A stretch of DNA of 64,000 nt. Origin: an uncultured bacterium (GTDB taxonomy: Bacteria > Fermentibacterota > Fermentibacteria > Fermentibacterales > JCC-6). The number at the start of each line of letters is the position of its first letter. Position 1 is the stretch's first letter. The translations under genes were made by a program, and so were the position numbers. Location of the stretch: positions 8,386 through 72,385 of the forward strand of contig CBDUZS010000003.1 of the NCBI GenBank assembly GCA_965371785.1, written 5' to 3'. This document shows, piece after piece, positions 1 through 10,003 of this stretch. The notes under the pieces were generated by a model. The model was not told where the DNA came from, ran no database searches, and saw nothing but the letters and a program-made list of their open reading frames with translations.

Positions 1-674
1 TGACCGTCATCGATATCTCGACCCTTATGAAGAATCACAGGAACGTGGCAATCGCGTACTCGAACATTGGCAGGCTGTTCTCCGAGATGGGCAAGTACGA
101 GAGCGCAATCGACTGCTCTGAGACACTTGGAGATCTCTCGAAGGAGATTGAATTTCCATCTGGCGAAGCGTCTGCGCTCATGATCAAGTCAACATGCCTT
201 CATGGATTGAAGGAGTACGAACAGGCTCTCGAGACGATCAACCTGTCTCTGGAAAAGACAACAGAAATATCTGAGTGGAGAAAACTGCCGAACAGACTTG
301 TCAACAAAGCAATAATTCTTTTCGATATGAAGCAATCGAGGGCATCGTACAGAACTTTCGAGGATGCTCTTTCCGCCTCAATCAGATATGAGCAGCCCGG
401 GATCGAATTCATGGCAAGGGTTTACATGGCGGTCATCATGGCTCCAGAGAGGAAAGCGGAATCGATTCTGGCTATCGAAGAGCTGCTCGAAAAAGCTTCG
501 ACTCCCGAACAGGAGGCAAGCGCATGCTACCACCACTTCAGTATCTCGGGAGACAACGACTATCGCAGCAGGGCGCTCTATCTGTACCGCGGAATCCTGA
601 AAGCCAGAAAGCTCGAGAAAGCCAGGGAGAGAATCGACGAGCTGTCGAAAGAGCCCGGTTCGAACTTGCCCTGA
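1..674 (+). CDS. TPR-repeat protein, 5'-truncated at window edge
   Basis: The frame is open from position 3 with no upstream stop. Helical-repeat composition is typical of tetratricopeptide proteins (A-Y-x-N-x-G ... E-Y-E-x-A-L). The N-terminus lies outside the window. Confidence 0.6.
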   Translation, partial: TVIDISTLMKNHRNVAIAYSNIGRLFSEMGKYESAIDCSETLGDLSKEIEFPSGEASALMIKSTCLHGLKEYEQALETINLSLEKTTEISEWRKLPNRLVNKAIILFDMKQSRASYRTFEDALSASIRYEQPGIEFMARVYMAVIMAPERKAESILAIEELLEKASTPEQEASACYHHFSISGDNDYRSRALYLYRGILKARKLEKARERIDELSKEPGSNLP

Positions 675-733
675 TTCCCGCCCTTGCACATATATCGCTC
701 TTCCCGAAACGAAACGGGCATCGGAGGATCAGA

Positions 734-1288
734 ATGTTCGCAGTACTGCCCTCCATGTGGAGATGTGATCCACACGGGGGTGTCGACGTCCTGCTCCGGG
801 AAGCAGGTCAGAACGCATGTGAAGCCGTCAGGAACGCCCTCTCCGGCGGGGAAAGGAATTTCCTCTTCGGTACGGATGGTGCTGCTGATCACGTATGCTG
901 GCTAGTGGCCACGGATCACATCAGTCTGTTCGGAGACGGCCCCCTTGCGGGAAGGAACAGGGACGATCTCGGTCCCAGGTTCACTTCACTGGAAGGTCTC
1001 TACGCGGCTCCGGATGGTTGCTGGGAGCGCGGCGTGGTCTGCAGAGTGCCTGACTGGAAGGCTGCGACACCAGCCGAGCTGCGTTTCACCGGTGTGTCTG
1101 CACTGGTCTCGAGCGGGGTAGACGAAGCTATCGTTGCAGGTCACGGCGGGGGGAGTGTTACTCTCCTCGTAAGATGCCATGACTGGGAAGGGGCAATACC
1201 GGAAATACCACCCCTGGAAGTACTGGCACAAGCGATCCGGGAGTGTACTGATATGCTCTCCGAGCGTAATGGAGGAGGTGAGGAGTAG
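734..1288 (+). CDS. hypothetical protein
   Basis: Long ORF in GC-rich codon usage that ends in a TAG overlapping the ileS GTG start (taGTG). No recognisable domain. The upstream part of the same ORF (524-733) overlaps the TPR gene and is discounted. Confidence 0.35.
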   Translation: MFAVLPSMWRCDPHGGVDVLLREAGQNACEAVRNALSGGERNFLFGTDGAADHVCWLVATDHISLFGDGPLAGRNRDDLGPRFTSLEGLYAAPDGCWERGVVCRVPDWKAATPAELRFTGVSALVSSGVDEAIVAGHGGGSVTLLVRCHDWEGAIPEIPPLEVLAQAIRECTDMLSERNGGGEE

Positions 1289-4062
1289 TGAATTACAAGG
1301 ACACGATAAGATTGCCAAGAACCGCTTTCTCGATGAAAGGTAACCTGATTAACAGGGAGCCGGAACTGCTCCTCGAGTGGGAAGAAGGAAACCTGTACTC
1401 CAGGATACGGGAAGCCCGCAGGGGGATGCCTCTGTTCATACTCCACGACGGACCACCGTACGCAAATGGAAACGTCCACCTCGGTACGGCCCTGAACAAG
1501 ATCCTCAAGGATTTCATCATCAAATCACATACCATGATGGGATTCGATTCACCTTACGTTCCAGGCTGGGACTGCCACGGCATGCCAATAGAACACAAGG
1601 TCACTTCGCAGATGAGTGATTCTGATGCAGCTCCATCCCGGCTCGAGATAAGGAAGAGGTGCAGGGAGTATGCAGCGGGTTTCATTCCGATTCAACGTCG
1701 AGAATTCAAGAGGCTGGGTATCTTCGGAGACTGGGAGCACCCCTACCTGACGATGAGCAAATCTTATGAATCCGGTATCGTACGGGCTTTCGCCGAGCTT
1801 GCCAGGGGTGGTTACATCTACAAGGGACTTCGTCCGATCCACTGGTGTACGAGCTGTTCTACTGCCCTTGCCGAAGCCGAGGTGGAGTACGGGAATCACA
1901 GTTCACCATCCATCTACGTAGCATTTTCCATGTCCGATCCCGGTTCCTGGGATTCGAGGGGCGTACCGGAGGGAACAGAGGTCGTAGTATGGACGACCAC
2001 TCCCTGGACTCTTCCGGCTAACATGGCTGTTGCTCTCAATCCGCGGGAAAAGTACGTCGTAGTAGAGGTATCGGGCGACAGGAAATTCCTGGTTGCCGCC
2101 CACCGTGTGAATTCCTTTCTCGAGGACGCAGGCCTGGAGGGCGTGGTCGTTCCAGGTCTCTTCTTCGGTGGAAGCGAACTCGAAGGTCTACTTCTCGAGC
2201 ACCCGCTGTTCGATTCGAAGACTTCACTAATGATACTTGCAGAACATGTTACTATGGATGACGGAACGGGATGCGTTCATACTGCTCCCGGTCATGGCGC
2301 CGAGGACTTCCAGATCGCGGGACGCTATGGGCTGGATATCTTCAGCCCCGTTCTCGAGGACGGCGTTTTCTCCGAGGAAGCAGGCAAATACGCCGGTATG
2401 CATGTATTCATGGCGAATTCCGTTATTCTGGAGGATCTGGAAAAGACCGGCCACCTCGTTGCCAGCAGGACCGTTGAACACAGCTATCCGCATTGCTGGC
2501 GATGCAGGAACCCGCTGATCTTCAGGGCAACGAGACAGTTCTTCCTTGACCTTGACAGAAACTCTCTCAGGGACAGGATACTGAGTGAGGTGGATCGCGT
2601 CAGATGGCATCCTGCATGGGGATACGAACGGATGAAAAACATGATGTCCGTACGGCCTGACTGGTGCCTGTCCAGGCAACGGTACTGGGGTGTCGCTCTT
2701 CCCGTATTCACCTGTGATGACTGCCTCGAACCGGTCATCGATCCCTGCGTCATAGACGGTGTTGCCGAGCTGATTGCCGAGGAAGGGTCTGATGTATGGT
2801 TCGAACTCGAACCCTCGGAGCTCTTTGCAAGGGCTGGTAAGAGCTGTTCGTGCCCTTCCTGCGGATCTCCGAACATCTCCAGGGTGGATGACATCCTCGA
2901 CGTATGGTTCGACAGCTCCCTCAGCCATTACAACGTCCTCACAGATGAGTACGGTCTGTCACGCCCGGCAGCTGTCTATCTGGAAGCAACCGATCAGCAC
3001 AGAGGCTGGTTTGGTGTGAGCATGATAACCAGTGAAGCCCTCGGAATGAGCAGGCCTGCTGACAACATCATCACGCATGGTCTTGTCCAGGATAAATCGG
3101 GCAAGAAAATGTCCAAATCCCTGGGCAACATCATTTCACCTCTGGAGATCGTCGATCGGATGGGTGCCGATATTCTGAGGCTCTGGTTTGCAGGAATCGA
3201 CTACACTGCCGATTTCAGAGCTGACCTGACGCAACTCGGCGATTCCAGAGAGGCTTACAGAAAACTGAGGAATACACTCAGGTTCATGCTCGGGAACCTG
3301 GACGATGGATGCGGGACGGATTTCTCTCCGCAGAACCTCGAAGGTCTTGACAGGTACGTTTACCTCCGGTTCCGGGAGCTCTGCAGACTCTGCACAAGCG
3401 AGTACCGAAGTTTCGAGTTTCACAGGGTGTACAGGGAACTCCGCAATTTCGCTGTAATCGACCTCTCGGGTCTCTATCTCGATGTCCGGAAGGACAGGCT
3501 GTACTGTGATTCGAGTACATCGCCCGGAAGCGTTTCCACGAGAAGACTTCTCGCATGGATGACTCTGGAGCTGATAAAGCTTCTTGCGCCCGTGATACCG
3601 TTCACTGCAGAGGATGCCTGGCGTCAGCTGCCTGCCGCCCTCACGGAAGGGTGTGACAGCGTGCATCTGGCAATGTTCGAGGAAATCCCGGATTCAGGAG
3701 AGGACGAACGGCTCGAGCTGGAATCCTGGAAACCGTATCTGGAAGTTCGAAGATCGGTCCTGAAGGCACTCGAGGAAGCCAGGGCAGCAGGAGAGATCGG
3801 CGGCGGACTGGAGGCAGGAGTCAGGCTGACCTTGCCCGCGGAGATGGCCGGCAGCGCACTCGGTGAGGAATGGGCTGATTTCCTCATCGTCTCACAGGTC
3901 GAGGTGGACTCGGGGAGCCCGGTCTCCGTAGAGGTCACACCTGCCCGGGGAACAAAATGCCAGAGATGCTGGAGGATTCTTCCCGAAGTCGGATCGTGCA
4001 GTTTTGCAGACGATGTCTGTCACCGCTGCAATGACCTGCTCGAGAGTGAGCAAAGGGAATGA
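1288..4062 (+). CDS. ileS: isoleucyl-tRNA synthetase
   Basis: 924 aa. HIGH-type motif (PYANGNVHLGTA) and KMSKS motif (KMSKSLGN). C-terminal Zn-finger CxxC...CxxC. The ileS-lspA synteny is canonical. Confidence 0.95.
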   Translation: MNYKDTIRLPRTAFSMKGNLINREPELLLEWEEGNLYSRIREARRGMPLFILHDGPPYANGNVHLGTALNKILKDFIIKSHTMMGFDSPYVPGWDCHGMPIEHKVTSQMSDSDAAPSRLEIRKRCREYAAGFIPIQRREFKRLGIFGDWEHPYLTMSKSYESGIVRAFAELARGGYIYKGLRPIHWCTSCSTALAEAEVEYGNHSSPSIYVAFSMSDPGSWDSRGVPEGTEVVVWTTTPWTLPANMAVALNPREKYVVVEVSGDRKFLVAAHRVNSFLEDAGLEGVVVPGLFFGGSELEGLLLEHPLFDSKTSLMILAEHVTMDDGTGCVHTAPGHGAEDFQIAGRYGLDIFSPVLEDGVFSEEAGKYAGMHVFMANSVILEDLEKTGHLVASRTVEHSYPHCWRCRNPLIFRATRQFFLDLDRNSLRDRILSEVDRVRWHPAWGYERMKNMMSVRPDWCLSRQRYWGVALPVFTCDDCLEPVIDPCVIDGVAELIAEEGSDVWFELEPSELFARAGKSCSCPSCGSPNISRVDDILDVWFDSSLSHYNVLTDEYGLSRPAAVYLEATDQHRGWFGVSMITSEALGMSRPADNIITHGLVQDKSGKKMSKSLGNIISPLEIVDRMGADILRLWFAGIDYTADFRADLTQLGDSREAYRKLRNTLRFMLGNLDDGCGTDFSPQNLEGLDRYVYLRFRELCRLCTSEYRSFEFHRVYRELRNFAVIDLSGLYLDVRKDRLYCDSSTSPGSVSTRRLLAWMTLELIKLLAPVIPFTAEDAWRQLPAALTEGCDSVHLAMFEEIPDSGEDERLELESWKPYLEVRRSVLKALEEARAAGEIGGGLEAGVRLTLPAEMAGSALGEEWADFLIVSQVEVDSGSPVSVEVTPARGTKCQRCWRILPEVGSCSFADDVCHRCNDLLESEQRE

Positions 4063-4565
4063 GAATTCTGAATTCCAGACCCGGTGCATTCATTCTTGCC
4101 GCAGTTGTTGTGCTCATCGATCAGATCAGCAAGAGGATTGCCGTGAACTGCCTGGAACTGGGTGAACCCGTCAGGATTGCAGGTGAAGTGATCAGGTTTG
4201 CCCTCAGGTACAACGAAGGCGCAGCATTCAGCTTCTCATGGGGAGGACCTGTTTTCCTGACCGTTTTCAGCATTGCGGCTGCCGCACTCGTATCGGTTCT
4301 GATCAAAAGATGCCGGGATTGCACGCGGGGCTCATTCCTGGCCCTTGGTGCGATTCTGGGTGGTGCTCTGGGTAATCTGACGGACAGGATACTCTACGGA
4401 ATGGTAATCGATTTCATCGATATCGGAACACACTCCTGGAGGTGGCCCACTTTCAACGCTGCAGATATTGCCATCTGTATAGGAGGAATTTCACTTCTTC
4501 TGCTCTACCACGGCAGGAAGTCATCGGGCACTGGTTCCGGGAATGTCGGAGAGGAGCATCCGTGA
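4059..4565 (+). CDS. lspA: lipoprotein signal peptidase II
   Basis: 168-aa polytopic membrane protein. Overlaps ileS with ATGA. Conserved LspA blocks (NxGAAFS, FxDxxD-like region) and the canonical position after ileS. Confidence 0.85.
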   Translation: MRILNSRPGAFILAAVVVLIDQISKRIAVNCLELGEPVRIAGEVIRFALRYNEGAAFSFSWGGPVFLTVFSIAAAALVSVLIKRCRDCTRGSFLALGAILGGALGNLTDRILYGMVIDFIDIGTHSWRWPTFNAADIAICIGGISLLLLYHGRKSSGTGSGNVGEEHP

Positions 4566-5497
4566 AGAGAACGGTAGTGGCCATTGGAGGTAATTCCCTG
4601 ATAGAACCCGGCGCACGTAACGGGAACAGGGACACTCATGCTCTTGCACGCGAAGTGTGTGAAGAACTGGCAGTTCTTGCCAGGGATCGGGGGAGTCTCG
4701 TGATAACTCACGGTAACGGCCCCCAGGTCGGATTCGAACTGCTGCGTAATGCGATGGCAAGGGAGATCGTCCCTCCTGATGGTATGGACGTGAACGTTGC
4801 TGCAACACAGGGATACATTGGCTACCTGCTCCAGCAGGTTCTCGGTGACGTGCTCGAGGAGCTGAATGTTGACATACCGGTGACCAGTCTTATCACGCAG
4901 GTCGTGGTCGATGCGGACGATCCCGGGTTCGATAACCCGACCAAGCCCGTCGGACCATTCTACTCTTCTGAGGAAGCAAAGCAGTTCATCGGGGAAAAGG
5001 GCTGGATCATGAAAGAGGATTCAGGGCGTGGCTGGCGAAGGGTCGTTCCCTCACCGAAACCCAGGAAGATACTGGAACTTCCTGCTATCAGAACACTTGC
5101 AGACGCAGGGCAGATAGTGATCTGTAACGGCGGCGGCGGGGTTCCGGTTCTGAGAGACGGTTTCGTGGTCAGAGGAGTCGGTGCGGTCATCGATAAGGAC
5201 CATGCGAGTGCGCTGCTGGCGACCAAGCTGGAAGCGGACACCTACATTATTTCGACTACGGTTCCCGAGGTGTACACAGGCTTTGGTTCTCCCGAGCAGA
5301 CCCCCATCAGGAGTATTCACTCCGACGAACTCCGACAGCTTGTTTCCCGAAATAATTTCGCTACAGGATCGATGCTTCCGAAGATAAAGGCCTCTCTGGG
5401 TTTCCTGAAGCATGGCGGGAGAATGGTTGTAATAACCTCTCCCGGGAACATTCTGAGCGCACTCGAGGGAAAAGCGGGAACGACGATTCTTCCCTGA
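4562..5497 (+). CDS. arcC: carbamate kinase
   Basis: GTG start overlapping the lspA stop. N-terminal VVAIGGNSL and the ICNGGGGVPV glycine-rich motif fit the carbamate kinase/amino-acid kinase fold, and the length is about 311 aa. The longer ORF beginning at 4442 overlaps lspA and is discounted. Confidence 0.8.
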   Translation: MKRTVVAIGGNSLIEPGARNGNRDTHALAREVCEELAVLARDRGSLVITHGNGPQVGFELLRNAMAREIVPPDGMDVNVAATQGYIGYLLQQVLGDVLEELNVDIPVTSLITQVVVDADDPGFDNPTKPVGPFYSSEEAKQFIGEKGWIMKEDSGRGWRRVVPSPKPRKILELPAIRTLADAGQIVICNGGGGVPVLRDGFVVRGVGAVIDKDHASALLATKLEADTYIISTTVPEVYTGFGSPEQTPIRSIHSDELRQLVSRNNFATGSMLPKIKASLGFLKHGGRMVVITSPGNILSALEGKAGTTILP

Positions 5498-6181
5498 TCA
5501 GCCTTCCATCTGGAAGAGTGTCTTTATGGCGCCCCACGAATTCCTGTCGAAGGCATCCGTTGCGTAGATGTCGAAGAATGCGTCGGTGAACTCGCCGAAG
5601 GCATCGTATGTGCTCTCCCAGCCGCTGGATCCGTTTTTCCAGTACACCGTCTGCAGCAGTGAGTGATTCTGCACGAGCATGAGAGCATTGACATTGTTCA
5701 CTGCCTGTACTTCCAGCCAGTAATGGATATTTGCAGAAAGCTCGGGATTCAGATCGGGCGGAATACTGCATGAAGTCCTGCAGATATCGTAGCCTGAGAG
5801 AGTGTAACCGGTGGCGTAGTTGATACATGGTGCTGCAGCGCTCCAGATTGTTACTGCAGATGCGGGAGACGAATCTCCGTTGTCCTCCGCGATGGCCAGA
5901 TTTACCTGCTTGCTCGGTGATCCCAGGTAGATCATCCAGATGACTATCTCGCTGATTTCGATGTCATCATCCAGTGTGAAATCGTCAGTGATCCATCTAT
6001 CTTCTCCGGAGTAGTTACTGTAGCAGTCCAGAACATTCTGCGGAACAAATGTCTGTGAGTAAGCAATACCGCTGAGTCTGACGGGGCCGGTTCCGGAGGG
6101 ATGAACGGGACCGAGGTGTGTAATGCCGTCAGCGGGAGTCATGCATACTACCGTCAACAGAATGAGCAGGGATTTTCCCAA
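5498..6181 (-). CDS. secreted protein, divergent member of the tandem paralog family (member 1 of 7)
   Basis: N-terminal signal peptide. Shares the DDFT, GYxxxGYDI and YW blocks and the C-terminal NSWGAIKTLF motif with the six downstream paralogs. TGA stop. The start is assigned to the TTG at 6181 and is uncertain. Confidence 0.65.
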   Translation of the reverse strand: MGKSLLILLTVVCMTPADGITHLGPVHPSGTGPVRLSGIAYSQTFVPQNVLDCYSNYSGEDRWITDDFTLDDDIEISEIVIWMIYLGSPSKQVNLAIAEDNGDSSPASAVTIWSAAAPCINYATGYTLSGYDICRTSCSIPPDLNPELSANIHYWLEVQAVNNVNALMLVQNHSLLQTVYWKNGSSGWESTYDAFGEFTDAFFDIYATDAFDRNSWGAIKTLFQMEG

Positions 6182-6286
6182 GCAGGTACACCTTTCCCGG
6201 GATACATTGAGTAATATTCGATGCTAAACCCGCAACTCCGGCCGGTCAAGAACGGGAAGGGGGAGAAATCACTTGCCGATGATATC

Positions 6287-6958
6287 CTACTGGAACAGGG
6301 TCTTGACCATTCCCCATGTAGTTCGATCGAGGGCGACCGTACCCTCGATGATGTTGAACATGTCGGTGGGAGCATATCCCGTGCTCGCACCTGTCTGCCA
6401 TCCGGTGCCGACGTCTCTGTAACACTCCATGCCTTTAACTTCGTTATCGATCAGGCAGTACATGTTCAGTTCATCGGAGCGAAACGCAGTCATCCAGTAA
6501 GTGGACCCACCGTTGGCCGTGAAGTGATCGGCATTCGGCAGTTCAATTTCGCAGACGTAAATGTCGTAGCCTGCAAAAGTAAGTCCCGTTTCGGTCCAGG
6601 TGACATCTGTTGAGAGCTGCGTCCAGAGAAGCTCTCCGGGACCAGGGTCAGCATCGCTGTAGAAGCCTACTTCCATAGCTGACGGATTCGTGGTGATTGA
6701 AATCGTCCAGAGAGTGATGTACTCGACATCTGCAGTACTGATGGGAGTGAATTCGTCTGCGACACGGTAGTAGTAGCAGATCGGGAAGACAGTGATGTAC
6801 ACATGTGCTGCGTCAAACGGATTGGAGTAGATCACTTCATCCGCCAGTGGAAGCGGGAAGTGAACACCTTCGATATGTTCCTCCCATGCAGAGTCTGCCA
6901 GTGATACTGCAAGTATCATTGCATAAGATACAAACGCCAGTCTCATGATACACTTCAC
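6287..6958 (-). CDS. secreted protein, tandem paralog family (member 2)
   Basis: 223 aa. Signal peptide, then conserved WEEHIEGVHFPLP after the predicted cleavage site. Ends ALDRTTWGMVKTLFQ with a TAG stop. Confidence 0.8.
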   Translation of the reverse strand: MKCIMRLAFVSYAMILAVSLADSAWEEHIEGVHFPLPLADEVIYSNPFDAAHVYITVFPICYYYRVADEFTPISTADVEYITLWTISITTNPSAMEVGFYSDADPGPGELLWTQLSTDVTWTETGLTFAGYDIYVCEIELPNADHFTANGGSTYWMTAFRSDELNMYCLIDNEVKGMECYRDVGTGWQTGASTGYAPTDMFNIIEGTVALDRTTWGMVKTLFQ

Positions 6959-6980
6959 CTTTCATAGCCCTCTCAATGTC

Positions 6981-7652
6981 CTACCGGAACAGCGTCTTGA
7001 CCATTCCCCATGTAGTTCGATCGAGGGCACCGTAGATGGTTCCCCTCACCATCCTGAACATGTCTACGGGGTCGTAACCCGTCGAAGAACCGGGAACCCA
7101 CTCTCCTCCAGCGGTGATGATCCTGTAGGTCTCGTTACCGTTTACCTCATCGTCAAGGATCGCATACAGATTTGAGCCATCCTCTCGATGTGCCGTAATC
7201 CAGTACGTGGTTCCGGTCCAGACGTTCATGTAGTCAAGGTTTGGCAATTCAATGACACAGACGTAGATAGTATATCCCGCGAATGTAACGCCGCTGTCCT
7301 TCCAGATGATGTCGGATGCGAGATGTTGCCAGAGAATGGTACCCGGACCGGGATAACCATCCCCGAAGAAAGTGACCTCCAGACCGGCCGGATTCGTTGT
7401 CGTGGTTATCGTCCAGAAAGTCAGTTGTTCGATCTGCCCGTTAAGGGAGGGTGTGAAATCGTCTGCAATCCAGTAATCGCTGAAATTGGCGTATGCAGTG
7501 CCGTACACGTGATCGGGGTCGTACATATTGGAATCGAAAACGAAATCTGTCCCCGGCATAGGGATATGAACACCCTCGATGTGTCCCTCCCAGTTCGGGC
7601 TGGCAAAAACAGCCGAAGCAAGGAGACTGAGAAAAATGAATGTAAACCTCAT
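6981..7652 (-). CDS. secreted protein, tandem paralog family (member 3)
   Basis: 223 aa. Signal peptide, then WEGHIEGVHIPMP, a GYPGPGTILWQ block, and a C-terminal ALDRTTWGMVKTLFR. An AAAGGA RBS lies 7 nt upstream of the ATG. Confidence 0.85.
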   Translation of the reverse strand: MRFTFIFLSLLASAVFASPNWEGHIEGVHIPMPGTDFVFDSNMYDPDHVYGTAYANFSDYWIADDFTPSLNGQIEQLTFWTITTTTNPAGLEVTFFGDGYPGPGTILWQHLASDIIWKDSGVTFAGYTIYVCVIELPNLDYMNVWTGTTYWITAHREDGSNLYAILDDEVNGNETYRIITAGGEWVPGSSTGYDPVDMFRMVRGTIYGALDRTTWGMVKTLFR

Positions 7653-7774
7653 AATGGTATCCTTTCACTCAGATGATGATTTTCTATACATTTTAGTTAT
7701 TCAAATAATTGAATTCCCTTGTGAACACAAGTGCGAGGTTTAAAATGTGTATCCGGTCAGAATGGAGTAAGCCT

Positions 7775-8440
7775 CTAGAAAAGCGTCTTGAGTGCTCCCC
7801 AGGTATTGCGGTCGAGAGCAATCGTGCCCTCGATAATGCGGAACAGGTCGGTAGGATCGTAGCCGGTTGTAGAGCCAGGAACCCATGGACCACTTGCGGT
7901 AATGATCCTGTAGCATTCGGTTCCAGTAACCTCGTAGTCCATGATCGCGTAGAGACTCGTCCCGTCGTCGCGCTGAAAACCTGTCCAGTAGGTGACTCCC
8001 GGGCTTATGACGAAGTAATCCGTGTTGGGAAGATCCATCTCCGTGATATAAATCGGGTATCCGGCGAAAGTGACGCCGCTGTTGGTGAATACAAGGTCTC
8101 CGCCGGAAATTGATTCCGACCACAGCACCGCTCCTGGCCCCGGAGCGGCATCGTCCAGGAAGTAGACGAGTAAGCTGCTGGGCAAGCCGCCCGTGGTCAG
8201 TGACCAGTACGTCACCTTTTCGACCGTTGCCGTGAATGCCACGGTAAGGTCGTCGGCAACCCAGTAGTCCCCGAAGACGGCAAAGGCGGTCGAGTACATC
8301 GTCCCGCTCAACGGATTCGAGTCGATTATGTCATCGGTTGCAGGCCATGGAGTGATCGTGCCTTCCCAGTGACCTTCAATGCTCGAACTGGCACCAGCGT
8401 AAGCAGTGAGAATGGCGATGAAAACGCAACAAAGTTTCAT
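7775..8440 (-). CDS. secreted protein, tandem paralog family (member 4)
   Basis: 221 aa. Signal peptide, then the same conserved N- and C-terminal blocks, ending ALDRNTWGALKTLF. Confidence 0.8.
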   Translation of the reverse strand: MKLCCVFIAILTAYAGASSSIEGHWEGTITPWPATDDIIDSNPLSGTMYSTAFAVFGDYWVADDLTVAFTATVEKVTYWSLTTGGLPSSLLVYFLDDAAPGPGAVLWSESISGGDLVFTNSGVTFAGYPIYITEMDLPNTDYFVISPGVTYWTGFQRDDGTSLYAIMDYEVTGTECYRIITASGPWVPGSTTGYDPTDLFRIIEGTIALDRNTWGALKTLF

Positions 8441-8471
8441 TTCCGACTCCTTTCAGCATAAGCTGGGCTGG

Positions 8472-9128
8472 TCAGAAAAGTGTCTTGACCATCCCCCATG
8501 TAGCTCTGTCGAGCGTAACAGTGCCCTCGATGATGCGGAACATGTCACTGGGATCGAATCCGAAGTTCGAACCGGGCTGCCAGCCGCTGCCGGTGTCTCT
8601 GTAGCACTCCGTGCCTTCCACTTCGTCGTCTTGTATGCTGTACAGGTTAGAGCCATCGGAGCGGTGAGCGGTCACCCAGTAGGTGGAGCCGCCGTTGACC
8701 GTGAAGTAATCCGCGTTCGGCAGTTCCATCTCGCAGATGTAGATGGTGTAGCCGGCAAAAGTAACACCGCTGTCGGTCCAGATGATATCGGTCGTGAGCT
8801 GTGTCCAGAGAACAACACCCGGGCCGGGAGCGACATCGTTGTAGAAGAAAACTTCGAGTGCAACCGGATTCGTTGTCGTGGAAACCGTCCAGATGGTGAT
8901 GAACTCGACATCGGCCATGTAGTCTGGGGTGAAGTCGTCAGCAATCCAGTTGCTGCTGAAGATTGCGAAGGCAGTTGAGAATACGTGCTCCTCGTCGTAT
9001 GCATTCGTGTCGATGATATCATCCGTCGGAGGAAGTGGAATGTGGACACCTTCGGTATGTCCCTCCCATGTCGAGTCAGCCAGTGATACCGCCACGATTA
9101 CGGCAAGAGATACGAGTACAAGTTTCAT
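8472..9128 (-). CDS. secreted protein, tandem paralog family (member 5)
   Basis: 218 aa. Signal peptide, WEGHTEGVHIPLP, and C-terminal TLDRATWGMVKTLF. Confidence 0.85.
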   Translation of the reverse strand: MKLVLVSLAVIVAVSLADSTWEGHTEGVHIPLPPTDDIIDTNAYDEEHVFSTAFAIFSSNWIADDFTPDYMADVEFITIWTVSTTTNPVALEVFFYNDVAPGPGVVLWTQLTTDIIWTDSGVTFAGYTIYICEMELPNADYFTVNGGSTYWVTAHRSDGSNLYSIQDDEVEGTECYRDTGSGWQPGSNFGFDPSDMFRIIEGTVTLDRATWGMVKTLF

Positions 9129-9160
9129 ACGGCACGCCCCCTCTCAGGGCATTTGACACC

Positions 9161-9826
9161 CTACTGGAAAAGCGTCTTGACCATCCCCCAGGTAGCTCTG
9201 TCGAGAGCAACCGTACCCTCGATGATACGGAACATATCGACAGGATCGTAACCCGTTGAAGAACCGGGAACCCAGTCTCCTCCTCCTGCGAGAATCCTGT
9301 AGCTCTCGCTGCCGCTGACCTCATCGTCGACTATCGCGTACAGGTTTTCGCCATCCTCTCGATGTGCTGTGACCCAGTACGTTGTCCCCGCCCAGATATT
9401 CGGATAGTCCAGGTTCGGCAGATCTATGAAACAGATGTAGATAGGATAACCTGCGAACGTAACACCGCTGTTCGCCCAGATGATGTCGGATACCAGGTTC
9501 TGCCAGAGAATGGTTCCCGGACCGGGGTATCCGTCTCCGTAGATGGTGGCTTCAAGACCTGTTGGATTGGTTGTCGTGGATACGGTCCAGAAAGTCAGCA
9601 CAGTGATCTGTCCGCTGTAGGAGGGTGTAAAATCGTCGGCAATCCAGTAGTTGCCGAAGTTGCCGAATGCATTGCTGTACACGTGGGCAGGATCGTACGC
9701 ATTGGTGTCGAAGACAAAATCTGTCTCGGGCAAGGGAATATGAACACCCTCGACATGCCCCTCCCAGACCGGTCTGGCAACGACAATAGAAATGATGATG
9801 CTCAGAAAAATGAATGCAAACTTCAT
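9161..9826 (-). CDS. secreted protein, tandem paralog family (member 6)
   Basis: 221 aa. Closest paralog of member 3. Signal peptide, WEGHVEGVHIPLP, and C-terminal ALDRATWGMVKTLFQ. Confidence 0.85.
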   Translation of the reverse strand: MKFAFIFLSIIISIVVARPVWEGHVEGVHIPLPETDFVFDTNAYDPAHVYSNAFGNFGNYWIADDFTPSYSGQITVLTFWTVSTTTNPTGLEATIYGDGYPGPGTILWQNLVSDIIWANSGVTFAGYPIYICFIDLPNLDYPNIWAGTTYWVTAHREDGENLYAIVDDEVSGSESYRILAGGGDWVPGSSTGYDPVDMFRIIEGTVALDRATWGMVKTLFQ

Positions 9827-9954
9827 GGACGTATCCCTTCGATAACGAGTTTTCGCATTTACAGGATTTTGATAATCGAATTTGCCTGTGTGCGCAAGTG
9901 TGAAGGTCGTCAGGGCTATTTCGTTCCCGAAGAGAATCGAAAATCTTTCCTGCT

Positions 9955-10003
9955 AAAAAAAACACCTGCCCAGAAAAAGGGGAAGGACTCGAAGTCCTTC
10001 CCC
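9955..10003 (-). terminator. rho-independent terminator downstream of paralog 7
   Basis: Perfect 10-bp stem GGGGAAGGAC / GTCCTTCCCC with a 5-nt loop at 9979-10003. On the minus strand it is followed by TTTTT and then a T8 run (9955-9978). It lies 22 nt past the stop of the 10026-10703 gene. Confidence 0.7.

Noticed and set aside
524-733. Upstream 70 codons of the long ORF 524-1288, overlapping the 3' end of the TPR gene.
   Set aside because: This part overlaps a better-supported gene in another frame and lacks a ribosome-binding site. Only the part from the ATG at 734 is kept, and that only at low confidence.
4442-4561. N-terminal extension of the carbamate kinase ORF (track start 4442).
   Set aside because: It overlaps lspA. 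The conserved carbamate-kinase N-terminus (VVAIGGN) begins right after the GTG at 4562, which is coupled to the lspA stop.
5495-5500. Palindromic TGATCA that serves as the stop codon of arcC (+) and of paralog 1 (-) with zero intergenic distance.
   Set aside because: A curiosity of convergent genes. There is no hairpin or other structure and nothing functional to claim.
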